Below, in pieces: positions 20,226-32,006 of a stretch of 64,000 nt of DNA. A program made the translations under genes and the position numbers. The DNA comes from Clostridium sp. (GTDB lineage: Bacteria > Bacillota > Clostridia > Clostridiales > Clostridiaceae): NCBI RefSeq assembly GCF_034179595.1, contig NZ_JAXFPT010000048.1:27-64026 (forward strand). Direction: 5' to 3'. Within the stretch, counting starts at the first letter, position 1. Each line of letters opens with the position of its first letter. The notes below the pieces were generated by a model. It was given only the letters and a program-made list of their open reading frames with translations. It was not told where the DNA came from and made no database searches.

Positions 20226-21149
20226 ATGTTAAAAAATAAGCATCTAATAGATCCTATGGACTTTACTATAGGACAATTAGAAGAAATTTTTGAATTAGCA
20301 CATCAAATAATTAAAGATCCAAAAAAATATTCTCATGTATGTGATGGAAAAATTCTATCAACTCTATTTTATGAACCTAGTACAAGAACAAGATTCAGCT
20401 TTGAATCAGCAATGATGAGACTAGGTGGAAACATCTTAGGTTTTTCAGAACCAAATTCAAGTTCAGCCTCAAAGGGAGAGACCCTTGCAGATACAATAAA
20501 AATGGTATCAATTTATTCAGACATTATAACTATAAGGCATCCAAAAGAAGGAGCAGCAAAGGTTGCAAGTATGTATGCGGATGTGCCAGTTATAAATGCA
20601 GGTGATGGTGGACATCAACATCCAACTCAAACATTAACAGACTTATTAACAATAAAATCATTAAAAGGAAGTCTTTCAAATCAAACTATTGCACTATGTG
20701 GAGACTTAAAATATGGAAGAACAGTACATTCACTTATAAAAGCAATGTCTAGGTATGAAAACAATAGATTCATATTAATATCACCCAAAGAGCTAAAAAT
20801 ACCAGAATACATAAAAGAAGGTATATTAAAAAAGAATAACATAGAATTTAAAGAAGTAGAAAAGCTAGATGATGTAATAGATAAAGTAGATATTCTTTAT
20901 ATGACAAGAATTCAAAAAGAAAGATTCTTTGATGAGGAACAATATTTAAGACTTAAAGATAGCTATATTTTAGATATGGACAAGATGCATTTAGCAAAAG
21001 AAGATATGATAGTTATGCATCCGCTTCCAAGAGTTAATGAAATATCTAGAGAAGTAGATAAAGATAAAAGAGCCTCATACTTTAAGCAAGCTGAGTATGG
21101 AATGTATGTAAGAATGGCTTTAATATGTAAGCTTTTGGGGGTATGTTAG
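20226..21149 (+). CDS. pyrB: Aspartate carbamoyltransferase catalytic subunit
   Basis: [12 protein letters not shown] and MHPLPR motifs. Confidence 0.97.
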   Translation: MLKNKHLIDPMDFTIGQLEEIFELAHQIIKDPKKYSHVCDGKILSTLFYEPSTRTRFSFESAMMRLGGNILGFSEPNSSSASKGETLADTIKMVSIYSDIITIRHPKEGAAKVASMYADVPVINAGDGGHQHPTQTLTDLLTIKSLKGSLSNQTIALCGDLKYGRTVHSLIKAMSRYENNRFILISPKELKIPEYIKEGILKKNNIEFKEVEKLDDVIDKVDILYMTRIQKERFFDEEQYLRLKDSYILDMDKMHLAKEDMIVMHPLPRVNEISREVDKDKRASYFKQAEYGMYVRMALICKLLGVC

Positions 21150-21150
21150 T

Positions 21151-21348
21151 ATGTTGGAATTTAATAAAAATAGAAAGATAGTTAAAAATTTAGAACTTTC
21201 AGAAAAGGTTGTAGATGTAATTACTTGCGACAATGTAAGATGCATAACAAGCGATGAAAAGTATATTCCTCAAGTATTTAATCTTGTAGACAAAGAAAAA
21301 GGAATTTATACATGTGAATATTGTAATCATAGAGTGAAATTAAGATAA
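21151..21348 (+). CDS. pyrI: Shortened aspartate carbamoyltransferase regulatory chain (Zn domain only)
   Basis: CDNVRCIT...CEYC Zn ligands; located between pyrB and pyrC; only 65 aa. Confidence 0.8.
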   Translation: MLEFNKNRKIVKNLELSEKVVDVITCDNVRCITSDEKYIPQVFNLVDKEKGIYTCEYCNHRVKLR

Positions 21349-21369
21349 GGATTTAGAGAGGTGCTAATT

Positions 21370-22566
21370 TTGAATTTACTAATAAAGAATGCAAATATAA
21401 TTGACTCACACCAAAACTTTTTTGGGGATATTTATATAGAAAATGGGAAGATAAAAGAGATAGGAATAGATATAAATAAAAAGGATGTTGAAGTTATTGA
21501 TGCAAATGCTTTAACTTTAATGCCATCATTTATAGATACACATGCTCACTTTAGAGATCCAGGACTTACATATAAAGAAGACTTAGAAAGTGGCTCTAAA
21601 GCAGCACTAAGAGGAGGATATACAGGAGTTTGTTTAATGGGAAATACTAAGCCTGTATGCTCAAGTAAAGAAGTTTTAGATTATGTAAAAAAGAAGGAAA
21701 AAAAATTAAGTTTAATAGATATACATCAATGTGTAACTATAACAAAAAATTTTGATGGGAAAACAATATCTCATCTAGAAGATTTTAAAGGCGATTTTAG
21801 AGTTAAAGCTATATCAGATGATGGTGTTGGTGTATCTGATTCAAGAGTTATGATGGAAGCTATGAAAATAGCAAAAGAAAATGATTGGGTAGTTATGTCT
21901 CATGCAGAATCTAGTGAATTTTCAGATATAGATATGAGACTTGCAGAAAATATGATGACTTGGAGAGATATAACACTTGCAAAGGTTACAAAAGCTAAAC
22001 TTCATATGGCACATGTAAGTACTAAAGAAGCTATGAAATATATAATAGATGCAAAATGCAAAGGAATAAATGTAACTTGTGAGGTTACTCCACATCATAT
22101 AGCTTTAAGTAATGATGTTAGTGATTATAGGGTTAATCCTCCTATAAGAGAAAGGGAAGACGTTGAGTTTTTATTAAAAGCGATAAAACATGGAGATGTA
22201 GATTGTATAGCAACAGATCATGCACCGCACACATTTGAGGATAAGAAAAATGGCTCTCCAGGAATGGTAGGATTAGAAACAGCTTTTTCGATATGTTATA
22301 CAAAGCTTGTAAGAAATGGTGTTATATCTATGAATAAACTATCAGAAATGATGTCAAGAAATCCAGCAAATATATTAAAGATGAATAAAGGAAATATTAG
22401 TGTTGGATTAGATGGGGATTTAGTTTTAATAGATCCAAACAAAAAGATAGTTATAAATTCAGAAGAGTTTTATTCAAAGGGAAAGAATACTCCATTTGAA
22501 GGAAATGAATTCTATGGGGAAGTAGTTATGACAATAAAAAATGGAAAAGTTTTATATAAAAGGTAG
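21370..22566 (+). CDS. pyrC: Dihydroorotase
   Basis: [21 protein letters not shown] and ATDHAPH motifs. Confidence 0.95.
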   Translation: MNLLIKNANIIDSHQNFFGDIYIENGKIKEIGIDINKKDVEVIDANALTLMPSFIDTHAHFRDPGLTYKEDLESGSKAALRGGYTGVCLMGNTKPVCSSKEVLDYVKKKEKKLSLIDIHQCVTITKNFDGKTISHLEDFKGDFRVKAISDDGVGVSDSRVMMEAMKIAKENDWVVMSHAESSEFSDIDMRLAENMMTWRDITLAKVTKAKLHMAHVSTKEAMKYIIDAKCKGINVTCEVTPHHIALSNDVSDYRVNPPIREREDVEFLLKAIKHGDVDCIATDHAPHTFEDKKNGSPGMVGLETAFSICYTKLVRNGVISMNKLSEMMSRNPANILKMNKGNISVGLDGDLVLIDPNKKIVINSEEFYSKGKNTPFEGNEFYGEVVMTIKNGKVLYKR

Positions 22567-22578
22567 TGGGGGATTAAA

Positions 22579-23451
22579 ATGAAGAACAATATAATAGACA
22601 AGTTATATAAGAGAGTAGAAGAAAGAGGAGTAGTATGTGTTGGACTTGATACTTCACTTGATTACATACCAAGCTTTATAAGAGAAGGAAAATCAAACAG
22701 AGAAGCAATTTTTGAATTTAATAAGGCGATAATAGATGCAACATATGATGTAGCAGCATGCTTTAAAGTTCAAATAGCTTATTATGAAGCATTAGGAATT
22801 GAAGGGTTACAGGCTTATAAAGACACATTATCATACCTTAGAGAAAAAGGAGAAATAATTATAGCAGATATAAAAAGAGGTGATATTGCAGCGACGGCTA
22901 AAATGTATGCAAAAGCTCATTTTGAAGGAGATTTTGAAGCTGACTTTATAACTTTAAATCCATATATGGGCATGGATAGTATAGAGCCATATATGTCATA
23001 TATAGAAACTGGTCATAAAGGAGTATTTACTTTAGTTAGAACTTCAAATCAAGGGGCTAAAGATATAGAATGTGTAAAAACTTCAAGTGGAAGAAATGTT
23101 TATGATATAGTTGGTGAAAAAATATTAAATATAGGAAAAAAATATATAGGTGAATGTGGATATACTCCGCTTGGAGGAGTAATTGGTTGTACTCATGTAA
23201 AAGAAGCCGAAAAGATTAGAGAAGATTTTAAGGAAATGTTTTTCCTAATACCAGGTTATGGTGCGCAAGGAGGACAAGCTGAAGATGTTGCAATGTATCT
23301 TAGAAACTGTAATGGTGGAGTTGTAAATTCATCAAGAAATATACTTTTAGCTTATAAAAATAATGGAGCATTAGAAAAAGATTTTGCAAAATGTGCTAGA
23401 GAAGAAGTTATTAGAATGCAAAAAGAGATAAGAGAAGCATGTGAGATTTAA
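22579..23451 (+). CDS. pyrF: Orotidine-5'-phosphate decarboxylase
   Basis: CVGLD, DIKRGDI and LIPGYGAQGG motifs. Confidence 0.95.
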   Translation: MKNNIIDKLYKRVEERGVVCVGLDTSLDYIPSFIREGKSNREAIFEFNKAIIDATYDVAACFKVQIAYYEALGIEGLQAYKDTLSYLREKGEIIIADIKRGDIAATAKMYAKAHFEGDFEADFITLNPYMGMDSIEPYMSYIETGHKGVFTLVRTSNQGAKDIECVKTSSGRNVYDIVGEKILNIGKKYIGECGYTPLGGVIGCTHVKEAEKIREDFKEMFFLIPGYGAQGGQAEDVAMYLRNCNGGVVNSSRNILLAYKNNGALEKDFAKCAREEVIRMQKEIREACEI

Positions 23452-23465
23452 GGGGGATTTTAACT

Positions 23466-24206
23466 ATGAGTATTGTATATAAAGAAGTTACTGTGCTTAG
23501 TAATGAAGAGATACAAAAAGGGATATTTAAATTAGTAGTAAAAAGTGATGATGAGATAAAATGTGGTCAATTTTATATGCTTAAAGCAAAAAATGTGTTC
23601 TTGCCAAGACCTATAAGCATTTGCAAAAAAGAAGATGATAAGCTTACATTTGTTTATGCTGTAGTTGGCTCAGGAACAGAAAAAATAAGTAAGCTAAGAA
23701 GCTTAGATAAAATAAATATTACAGGTCCTTTAGGGAATGGATTTAATGTAGATGAAAATTTAGGTAAAGTTGCATTAGTATCTGGAGGTATAGGAATTGC
23801 ACCAATGCTTGAGGTAGCTAGAGAACTTAGGGAAAAAAATACAGCATCTAACATAGATTTGTATGCTGGATTTAGAGATGATGTATATCTAGTAGATGAG
23901 TTTGAAGACTATATAAACAATATAAATATAGCAACTAATACTGGAAAGCATGGCACAAAAGGGTTTGTTACAGATATTTTAAAAGCAAAAGATTATGATG
24001 TGGTTTTATGTTGTGGACCAGAAGTTATGATGAAAGAAGTTATAAGAATTTGCAAAGAATGTAATACAAAAATATATGTGTCTATGGAAAAGCATATGGC
24101 TTGTGGAGTTGGAGCATGTCTAGTTTGCACATGTAAAACAAAAGAAGGAAATAAGAGAACTTGTAAAGATGGACCAGTATTTGATGGTGATTATGTAGAG
24201 TTATAA
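23466..24206 (+). CDS. pyrK: Dihydroorotate dehydrogenase electron transfer subunit
   Basis: LPRPIS, GPLGNGF, GGIGIAP and MACGVGACLVC..CKDGPVF motifs. Confidence 0.95.
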   Translation: MSIVYKEVTVLSNEEIQKGIFKLVVKSDDEIKCGQFYMLKAKNVFLPRPISICKKEDDKLTFVYAVVGSGTEKISKLRSLDKINITGPLGNGFNVDENLGKVALVSGGIGIAPMLEVARELREKNTASNIDLYAGFRDDVYLVDEFEDYINNINIATNTGKHGTKGFVTDILKAKDYDVVLCCGPEVMMKEVIRICKECNTKIYVSMEKHMACGVGACLVCTCKTKEGNKRTCKDGPVFDGDYVEL

Positions 24207-24218
24207 GGAGAGTTATAT

Positions 24219-25115
24219 ATGTTAAATGTTAATATAAATGGAGTAGAATTTAAAAATCCTGTTATAGCAGCTTCAGGCACATTTGGATTTGGACAAGAAT
24301 ATAAAGAATTTTATGATGTTGGTATGTTAGGTGGAATATCATCAAAAGGATTAACTATAAAAAAGAAAGATGGAAATGATGGAATAAGAGTATATGAAAC
24401 TGCAAGTGGCATGATGAATTCAGTTGGGCTTCAAAATCCAGGAATAGATTATTTTATAGAACATGAACTAAAAAATATGAAAAAACTTAATACAAATGTA
24501 ATTGCAAATGTTGGTGGTGGATGTATAGAAGATTATGAAGAGGCTGTCATAAAACTTAATAATACAGAAGTTGATATGATAGAGCTTAATATATCATGTC
24601 CTAATGTCAAATCAGGTGGTATGGCTTTTGGAATAAAATCAGAAGTTGCATATGATGTTGTAAGTAAAATAAGAAGTATAACTGATAAACCACTTATTGT
24701 TAAGTTATCACCAAATGCAGAAAATATAGTTGATATGGCAGTAAAATGCAGAGAAGCAGGTGCAGATTCACTATCTTTAATAAATACAGTAAAAGGATTT
24801 GCAGTTGATATAAATAAAAGAAAACCAGTCTTTGATAATGTATATGCAGGATTATCAGGACCAGCTATAAAACCAATAGCACTTAGAATGGTTCATGAAG
24901 TATCAAAAGCTATTGATATACCAGTAATAGGTCTTGGTGGAATATCTAATTGGCAAGATGCTATTGAATTTATGATGGCAGGAGCATCAGCAATACAAAT
25001 CGGAAGTATTAATTTTACAAATCCTATGGCAGGAAAAGAAATAATAGAAGGAATGGAAAATTTCCTTATAAAAGAAGGAATAAAAGACATAAAAAGTATA
25101 ATTGGGATTGTTTAA
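24219..25115 (+). CDS. pyrD: Dihydroorotate dehydrogenase B catalytic subunit
   Basis: [24 protein letters not shown] and GLSGPAIKP motifs. Confidence 0.96.
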   Translation: MLNVNINGVEFKNPVIAASGTFGFGQEYKEFYDVGMLGGISSKGLTIKKKDGNDGIRVYETASGMMNSVGLQNPGIDYFIEHELKNMKKLNTNVIANVGGGCIEDYEEAVIKLNNTEVDMIELNISCPNVKSGGMAFGIKSEVAYDVVSKIRSITDKPLIVKLSPNAENIVDMAVKCREAGADSLSLINTVKGFAVDINKRKPVFDNVYAGLSGPAIKPIALRMVHEVSKAIDIPVIGLGGISNWQDAIEFMMAGASAIQIGSINFTNPMAGKEIIEGMENFLIKEGIKDIKSIIGIV

Positions 25116-25145
25116 TAATTAACAAAATATTGGAGGTTTTTTAAT

Positions 25146-25820
25146 ATGAAAGCGTATAAAAAAGAATTTATAGAATTTATGATAGAGTGTGGTGTACTTA
25201 CTTTTGGAGATTTTATAACAAAAAGTGGACGAAAAACTCCATTTTTTATCAATACAGGAAATTACAAAAAAGGAAACCAACTAAAGAGACTTGGGGAGTT
25301 TTATGCACAAGCTATAAAAGAAAATTTTGGAGAAGATTTTAATGTGCTATTTGGTCCTGCATATAAAGGAATTCCACTAACAGTTACAACATCTATAGCT
25401 TTATCAGAACTTTATGATATTGATGTAGAGTATTGTTCTAATAGAAAAGAAGTTAAAGATCATGGGGATAAGGGAATACTTCTTGGATCAAATTTAAAAG
25501 ATAAAGATAAGGTTTTAATAGTTGAAGATGTGACAACAGCAGGTACTTCAATACGTGAAACAATGCCGATTTTAAAGGAACAAGGGGATGTTGATGTTGT
25601 TGGACTTATAATATCTGTAGATAGAATGGAAAAAGGGACGGGAGAAAAATCTGCTTTAAGTGAAATAAGAGAAAATTTTGGATTAAAAACATGTGCGATA
25701 GTAACTATGAAAGAAATAATAGAGTATCTTTATAATAAAAAAATAAATGATAAAATAATAATAGACGATGAAATTATGAGCAAAATAAATGATTATTATG
25801 ATAAATATGGAGTTAGATAA
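25146..25820 (+). CDS. pyrE: Orotate phosphoribosyltransferase
   Basis: KSGR, GPAYKGIP, NRKEVKDHG and VEDVTTAGT motifs. Confidence 0.96.
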   Translation: MKAYKKEFIEFMIECGVLTFGDFITKSGRKTPFFINTGNYKKGNQLKRLGEFYAQAIKENFGEDFNVLFGPAYKGIPLTVTTSIALSELYDIDVEYCSNRKEVKDHGDKGILLGSNLKDKDKVLIVEDVTTAGTSIRETMPILKEQGDVDVVGLIISVDRMEKGTGEKSALSEIRENFGLKTCAIVTMKEIIEYLYNKKINDKIIIDDEIMSKINDYYDKYGVR

Positions 25821-25931
25821 AAATAATATTTTTCAAAAAATAGTAAATAGAAAAAGAAAATTTATAAAAAAAAATTTACAATTTTAATTTTTTATTTTAA
25901 AATAAAGGAGTAAGAGGAAATCTAAATAATG

Positions 25932-25987
25932 ATATTTATTTTCATATGAAAATAAATATTGACTGTGAAAAAAATATCATTTATAAT
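25932..25987 (+). promoter_or_regulatory. pflB sigma-A promoter with an adjoining 28-bp palindrome
   Basis: TTGACT (25959-25964)-17 bp-TATAAT (25982-25987); ATATTTATTTTCAT|ATGAAAATAAATAT at 25932-25959. Confidence 0.7.
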
Positions 25988-26024
25988 TAGATTATAAAAG
26001 TTATGAAAGCGAGGCGACGCATTA

Positions 26025-28256
26025 ATGTTTAGAGAATGGGAAAACTTTAAATCAGGTAACTGGCAAAAAGAAATTGATGTCAGAGACTTTATTCAAAATA
26101 ACTATACTCCATATGAAGGAGATGACTCTTTCTTAACAGGAGCTACTGAAAATACTACTAAGTTATGGAACGAAGTAAGTGAATTATTCAAAAAAGAAAG
26201 AGAAAATGGTGGAGTATTAGATGTTGATACAAAGACTGCATCAAGAATAGATGCTTATGCACCAGGTTATATAGATAAAGCAATAGAAAAAATCGTAGGA
26301 GTTCAAACTGATGCACCTTTAAAGAGAGCTGTAATGGCTGAAGGTGGAATAAGAATGGCTGAAAATGCAGCTAAAGCTTATGGATATGAAGTTGATCCTA
26401 AGATTTCTGAAATATTCACTAAGTATAGAAAAACTCACAACCAAGGTGTTTTCGATGCTTATACAGAAGAAATGAGATTAGCTAGAAAATCAGGTATCGT
26501 TACAGGTCTTCCAGATGCTTATGGTAGAGGAAGAATCATAGGTGACTACAGAAGAGTTGCTTTATACGGTGTAGATAGATTAATAGAAGATAAAATAGCT
26601 CAAAAGAAATCTTTAGAAGTTAGAACTATAGATGAAGAAGTAATCAGATTAAGAGAAGAAATCTCAGACCAAATAGTTGCTTTAAAAGAATTAAAAGTAA
26701 TGGGAGAAAGCTACGGATTTGATTTATCAAGACCAGCAATGAATGCTCAAGAAGCTGTTCAATGGTTATACTTTGGATACTTAGCTGCAATCAAACAACA
26801 AAATGGTGCAGCAATGTCACTTGGTAGAACTTCTACTTTCTTAGATATATATATTGAAAGAGATTTACAAAATGGAACAATAACTGAACAAGAAGCTCAA
26901 GAAATAATAGATCATTTCGTAATGAAATTAAGATTAGTTAAATTCTTAAGAACTCCAGAATACAATGAGTTATTCTCAGGAGACCCAACTTGGGTTACTG
27001 AATCAATCGGAGGTATGGGATTAGATGGAAGAACTTTAGTTACTAAGAATTCATTCAGAATGCTTAATACACTATACACTATCGGACCATCACCAGAACC
27101 AAACTTAACAGTTTTATGGTCAACAAGATTACCTCAAGGATTTAAGGATTTCTGTTCAAAAGTATCAATAGATACAAGTTCAGTTCAATACGAAAATGAT
27201 GATTTAATGGCTCCATATTGGGGAGATGATTACGCTATAGCTTGTTGTGTATCAGCAATGAGAGTTGGTAAGCAAATGCAATTCTTCGGAGCTAGAGTAA
27301 ACTTAGCTAAGACTTTACTTTACACTATAAATGGTGGTAGAGATGAAAAGTCAGGAGTACAAGTTGGACCAAAGATAGCACCAATAACTTCAGAATATTT
27401 AGATTACAATGAAGTAATGGAAAAATTCGATATTATGACAGACTGGTTAGCTAACCTTTATGTAAATACATTAAATGTTATCCACTACATGCATGATAAA
27501 TATTCTTATGAAAGCTTACAAATGGCTTTACATGATAGAGATGTATTTAGAACAATGGCTTGTGGTATAGCAGGACTTTCAGTTTGTGCTGACTCACTTT
27601 CAGCTATTAAATATGCTAAAGTTAAGCCAATAAGAAATGAAGAAGGAATAGCTGTAGATTTCGAAGTTGAAGGCGAATTCCCTAAATACGGAAATGACGA
27701 TGATAGAGTTGATGATATCGCTGTATTCTTAGTTGAAAACATGATGAACAAGATCAGACAAAATAAGACTTACAGAAATGCATACCACACTCAATCAATC
27801 TTAACTATAACTTCAAACGTTGTTTATGGTAAGAAGACTGGTACAACTCCATGTGGAAGAAAAGCTGGAGAACCATTTGCACCAGGAGCTAACCCAATGC
27901 ACGGAAGAGATAATAGTGGATCACTTGCATCATTAAACTCAGTTGCTAAGCTTCCATATGAACATTCACAAGATGGTATATCAAATACTTTCTCAATAGT
28001 TCCAGATGCTTTAGGAAAGACTAAAGAATCAAGAATTTCAAACTTAAGCAACATGTTAGATGGATATTTTGCTCAAAAGGCTCATCACTTAAATGTTAAT
28101 GTATTTAATAGAGAAACATTATTAGATGCAATGGAACATCCAGAAGAGTATCCACAATTAACTATTAGAGTTTCAGGATATGCTGTAAACTTCATTAAGT
28201 TAACTAGAGAACAACAACTTGATGTTATAAACAGAACATTCCACTCAAAAATGTAA
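26025..28256 (+). CDS. pflB: Pyruvate formate-lyase
   Basis: [23 protein letters not shown] and the glycyl-radical RVSGY motif. Confidence 0.98.
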   Translation: MFREWENFKSGNWQKEIDVRDFIQNNYTPYEGDDSFLTGATENTTKLWNEVSELFKKERENGGVLDVDTKTASRIDAYAPGYIDKAIEKIVGVQTDAPLKRAVMAEGGIRMAENAAKAYGYEVDPKISEIFTKYRKTHNQGVFDAYTEEMRLARKSGIVTGLPDAYGRGRIIGDYRRVALYGVDRLIEDKIAQKKSLEVRTIDEEVIRLREEISDQIVALKELKVMGESYGFDLSRPAMNAQEAVQWLYFGYLAAIKQQNGAAMSLGRTSTFLDIYIERDLQNGTITEQEAQEIIDHFVMKLRLVKFLRTPEYNELFSGDPTWVTESIGGMGLDGRTLVTKNSFRMLNTLYTIGPSPEPNLTVLWSTRLPQGFKDFCSKVSIDTSSVQYENDDLMAPYWGDDYAIACCVSAMRVGKQMQFFGARVNLAKTLLYTINGGRDEKSGVQVGPKIAPITSEYLDYNEVMEKFDIMTDWLANLYVNTLNVIHYMHDKYSYESLQMALHDRDVFRTMACGIAGLSVCADSLSAIKYAKVKPIRNEEGIAVDFEVEGEFPKYGNDDDRVDDIAVFLVENMMNKIRQNKTYRNAYHTQSILTITSNVVYGKKTGTTPCGRKAGEPFAPGANPMHGRDNSGSLASLNSVAKLPYEHSQDGISNTFSIVPDALGKTKESRISNLSNMLDGYFAQKAHHLNVNVFNRETLLDAMEHPEEYPQLTIRVSGYAVNFIKLTREQQLDVINRTFHSKM

Positions 28257-28421
28257 TATAACTAAAAGTTAATAAGTTTAAAAATATCCTCTGCTAATTT
28301 ATCTTTAGCAGGGGATATATTATAATTAAAATACAAATTAAATGATGATTTAAAAGTTATGTAGAGATTTTATAAATTTTAAGTTATTATTTTTAAGTTA
28401 AGAGGGGAGTTTAAAAACATT

Positions 28422-29129
28422 ATGACTACAGGTAGAATTCATTCAATAGAAAGTATGGGACTTGTAGATGGCCCAGGTATAAGAGTCGTTGTATTTTTTC
28501 AAGGATGCTCTTTAAGATGCAAGTATTGTCATAATCCTGATACATGGGAATATGGAGGTGGAGAAGAATACACTGCATCTGAATTAGTTGATAAGATAAA
28601 AAGATATAAGCCATATTTTGAAACTTCAAATGGTGGAGTTACATTTTCAGGTGGTGAACCTTTAAGACAGCCAGAATTTTTAATAGAAGCATTAAAATTG
28701 TGCAAACAAGAAGGAATACATACATGCATAGATACTTCAGGATTTGGAGTTGGAATGTATGATGAAATCTTAAAATACACAGATTTAGTTCTTTTTGATA
28801 TAAAAGAACTAACAAAAGAAAATTATAAAAAAGTAACTTTAATGAATATAGATGAATCTTTAAAGTTCCTTGAAGCAGTTCAAAGAAATGGAACAAAAAT
28901 GTGGATTAGACACGTTGTTGTACCAGGATTAACTGATGGAGAAGAGCATATTAGAGAATTAAAAGAATTCATAAGTACTTTAAAGAACGTAGAAAAAGTA
29001 GAACTTCTTCCATATCATGTACTTGGAGTAAATAAGTACGAAAAAATGGGAATTAAATATCCATTAGAAGGTGTAGAGCCTATGGATAAGGAAAAAATTA
29101 AAGAATATGAAAAGATATTAAATGAATAA
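28422..29129 (+). CDS. pflA: Pyruvate formate-lyase activating enzyme (radical SAM)
   Basis: VDGPGIR, CSLRCKYCHNPDTW and SGGEP motifs. Confidence 0.97.
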   Translation: MTTGRIHSIESMGLVDGPGIRVVVFFQGCSLRCKYCHNPDTWEYGGGEEYTASELVDKIKRYKPYFETSNGGVTFSGGEPLRQPEFLIEALKLCKQEGIHTCIDTSGFGVGMYDEILKYTDLVLFDIKELTKENYKKVTLMNIDESLKFLEAVQRNGTKMWIRHVVVPGLTDGEEHIRELKEFISTLKNVEKVELLPYHVLGVNKYEKMGIKYPLEGVEPMDKEKIKEYEKILNE

Positions 29130-29179
29130 ATAAAAAAAGAGTTATGTTAAGTTATAACTCTTTTTTTATTTTTTAGATA

Positions 29180-29791
29180 TTAGTTTTTATATATATTTGA
29201 GAAATATCCGTGAGGTATTATCTTTCTCTTTAAACCTTCAATTACTGTTAAATATGTAGCAGCAGTATCAAATCTAGCATCATGATAATTTCCGCTTCCT
29301 CCGAATAGTTCTTTAGCTTTATTTTCTATTTGTTCTTTTGTAATATCTAAGAATGAAATAACCTCTTCAAGTTTTGGGTTTTTGAATGTACCGTTAGGTT
29401 TTAAGATTTTGCATATATCTTTGTAGTATGACATAGTGCAGAATGTTCTTTTAGGTTCATAATTTGCTCCTAAAAATAATAATTCACTATGCATAAATTT
29501 AATATCAAAGTTTACATTATGACCTATTACAAAATCTGCATCCATAAAATCATCTATAAATTCTCCAACTAAATCTTCAAAATACATTCCTCCTGAAAGC
29601 TCATATAGTTTTTCAAGAGAAAAACCGTGTACTGCTTCAGCATTTGGATCCATTTCATCAACTGCGAAAAAGAAATTTTTCCCTGTAGTAGTCTGAGGCT
29701 TTGTTGAAGTATCAACTACTATATAACTTAACTGACATATATGTCCAGGACGTATACTTGTTGTTTCTGTGTCAAAAAAAAGTAACTTCAT
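29180..29791 (-). CDS. DEDDh 3'-5' exonuclease
   Basis: FDTETT, GHNVNFD and HDARFD motifs. Confidence 0.88.
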   Translation of the reverse strand: MKLLFFDTETTSIRPGHICQLSYIVVDTSTKPQTTTGKNFFFAVDEMDPNAEAVHGFSLEKLYELSGGMYFEDLVGEFIDDFMDADFVIGHNVNFDIKFMHSELLFLGANYEPKRTFCTMSYYKDICKILKPNGTFKNPKLEEVISFLDITKEQIENKAKELFGGSGNYHDARFDTAATYLTVIEGLKRKIIPHGYFSNIYKN

Positions 29792-29962
29792 TACGTATCC
29801 TCCTATATATAAAATATATAATAATTATATACTATATTTATTCATAATAAAATAACAAAAAAGTCAGACAAAAACAATAGGAATTAATTTAAAAAGATAT
29901 TATAATAAAATTTATAATAAAGGGTAAGATAAAGAAAAAATGGTAAATTGGAGGTAACTAAG

Positions 29963-30913
29963 ATGTTATATGAAAGAAAAAGAAAAGTATCAATAATCGG
30001 AGCAGGCTTTGTAGGGGCAACTACAGCTTATGCACTTATGAATAGTGGTATAGCAACAGAAATATGCATATATGATATAAATATGGATAAAGCGATGGGT
30101 GAAGTTATGGACTTAGTTCATGGTACATCATTTGTAAAGCCAGTTAATATATATGCCGGATCTTTAGAAGAAACAAAGGATTCTGATATAGTAATAATTA
30201 CAGCAGGTGCTGGACAAAAAGAAGGAGAAACTAGACTAGATATGATTGGAAAGAACTTTAAAATCTTTAAAGGATTCATTCCAGACATAGCAAGATTAAG
30301 CCCAGATTCAATTTTATTAGTTGTATCAAATCCTGTAGATGTATTAACTTATATAACTTATAAATTATCAGGATTCCCAAAAGAAAGAGTTATAGGTTCA
30401 GGTACTGTATTAGATACTTCAAGATTAAAGTATGTACTTGGTAAATATTTTAATGTAAATAATAATAATATACATTCATATGTTATTGGAGAACATGGTG
30501 ATAGTGAATTAGTAACTTGGAGTAATGGAAGAATAGGGGGAGAAAGTTTTGATATATATGCAAAGCAAACATCACTTGCTTGGGATGATGAAATCAAAAA
30601 TGTAATAGAAAATGATGTAAAAAATGCTGCTTATGAAATAATAAACAGAAAGAAAGCAACTTACTTTGCAGTAGCACTTGCTGTTAATAGAATTGTTGAA
30701 GCTATATTTAGAGATGAAAATAGTATCTTAACTGTAGATTCATTATTTGAAGGACAATATGGTATAAGTGATATGTATTTAGCAATTCCAACTATAGTTA
30801 ATAAAAATGGTGCTAAGGAAATTATAGAAATTCCTTTGTCAGAAGATGAAGAAAATAGACTTAAAGAATCAGCTAAAATATTGAAATCACATTTAGATCA
30901 ATGTAATATATAG
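29963..30913 (+). CDS. ldh: L-lactate dehydrogenase
   Basis: [28 protein letters not shown] and GEHGDS motifs; ATG at 29963 follows GGAGG. Confidence 0.95.
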   Translation: MLYERKRKVSIIGAGFVGATTAYALMNSGIATEICIYDINMDKAMGEVMDLVHGTSFVKPVNIYAGSLEETKDSDIVIITAGAGQKEGETRLDMIGKNFKIFKGFIPDIARLSPDSILLVVSNPVDVLTYITYKLSGFPKERVIGSGTVLDTSRLKYVLGKYFNVNNNNIHSYVIGEHGDSELVTWSNGRIGGESFDIYAKQTSLAWDDEIKNVIENDVKNAAYEIINRKKATYFAVALAVNRIVEAIFRDENSILTVDSLFEGQYGISDMYLAIPTIVNKNGAKEIIEIPLSEDEENRLKESAKILKSHLDQCNI

Positions 30914-30969
30914 AAATTAACAATAAATATTTTTTATATAATATTATATAAAATTAAAGGAGGCTATTT

Positions 30970-31983
30970 ATGAAACAAGAAGGTATTATTATCCCAGAGG
31001 GATATAGAAGTAAAGCTACATTAATTGAAACAGAGACTTATATTAAGGCTATAAAGGATTATTTTGAAAAGAACTTAGCAGAAAGATTGAACTTAATCAG
31101 AGTATCAGCACCTCTTTTTGTTGATTCTAAATCAGGATTAAATGATGATTTAAGTGGAATTGAAAGACCAGTAAGATTTGATCTCCTAGCTTCAAAAGAG
31201 GATGTAGAGATAGTTCATTCACTTGCAAAGTGGAAGAGAATGAGCTTACATAGATATAACTTTCCAGTAGGAAAAGGGTTATATGCTGATATGAATGCTA
31301 TAAGAAGAGATGAGGAACTTGATAACATACACTCTATATATGTGGATCAGTGGGATTGGGAGTGTATTATTAATAAAGAAGATAGAAATTTAGAAACTTT
31401 AAAAGATACTGTAAGGAAGATATATAGTGTATTTAAGGATACAGAAGAGTTTGTAAGAGATAATCTTATGAGTATAGAAAAAGAACTTCCAAAAGATATA
31501 TTTTTTATCACATCTCAAGAGCTTGAGGATATGTATAAGGATTTAACACCTAAAGAAAGAGAAAATGCAATATGTAAGGAAAAAGGGGCAGTCTTTATAA
31601 TGCAAATAGGCCATGAATTAGCTTCAGGCAAAAAGCATGATGGTAGAGCACCAGATTATGATGATTGGAATTTAAATGGAGATATTTTATTCTGGAATTC
31701 AGTTTTAGATAGTGCAGTTGAATTATCATCAATGGGAATAAGAGTAGATGAAAAATCTTTAGAAAATCAGTTAGAAAAAGCTAATTGTCTAGAAAGAAAG
31801 AATTTAGAATTTCATAAAGCTTTATTAGAAGGAAAACTTCCATATACAATTGGAGGTGGTATTGGACAATCAAGAATATGTATGTATTTTTTAAGAAAGG
31901 CACATATTGGAGAGGTTCAAGCATCTGTTTGGGATGAAAAAAATAATAGAATATGTAGAGAAAATGGAATAGAATTATTATAA
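30970..31983 (+). CDS. asnA: Aspartate--ammonia ligase
   Basis: [23 protein letters not shown] and [10 protein letters not shown] motifs. Confidence 0.96.
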   Translation: MKQEGIIIPEGYRSKATLIETETYIKAIKDYFEKNLAERLNLIRVSAPLFVDSKSGLNDDLSGIERPVRFDLLASKEDVEIVHSLAKWKRMSLHRYNFPVGKGLYADMNAIRRDEELDNIHSIYVDQWDWECIINKEDRNLETLKDTVRKIYSVFKDTEEFVRDNLMSIEKELPKDIFFITSQELEDMYKDLTPKERENAICKEKGAVFIMQIGHELASGKKHDGRAPDYDDWNLNGDILFWNSVLDSAVELSSMGIRVDEKSLENQLEKANCLERKNLEFHKALLEGKLPYTIGGGIGQSRICMYFLRKAHIGEVQASVWDEKNNRICRENGIELL

Positions 31984-32006
31984 AAATACTCAATAGTCTA
32001 TTAAGA

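Noticed and set aside
20226-25820. Absence of carAB and pyrR from the pyr operon
   Set aside because: These genes are often located elsewhere in clostridia; cannot be judged from one window.
25960-25985. Rex operator in the pflB promoter (TGTGAAAAAAATATCA)
   Set aside because: Only one half-site resembles the consensus.
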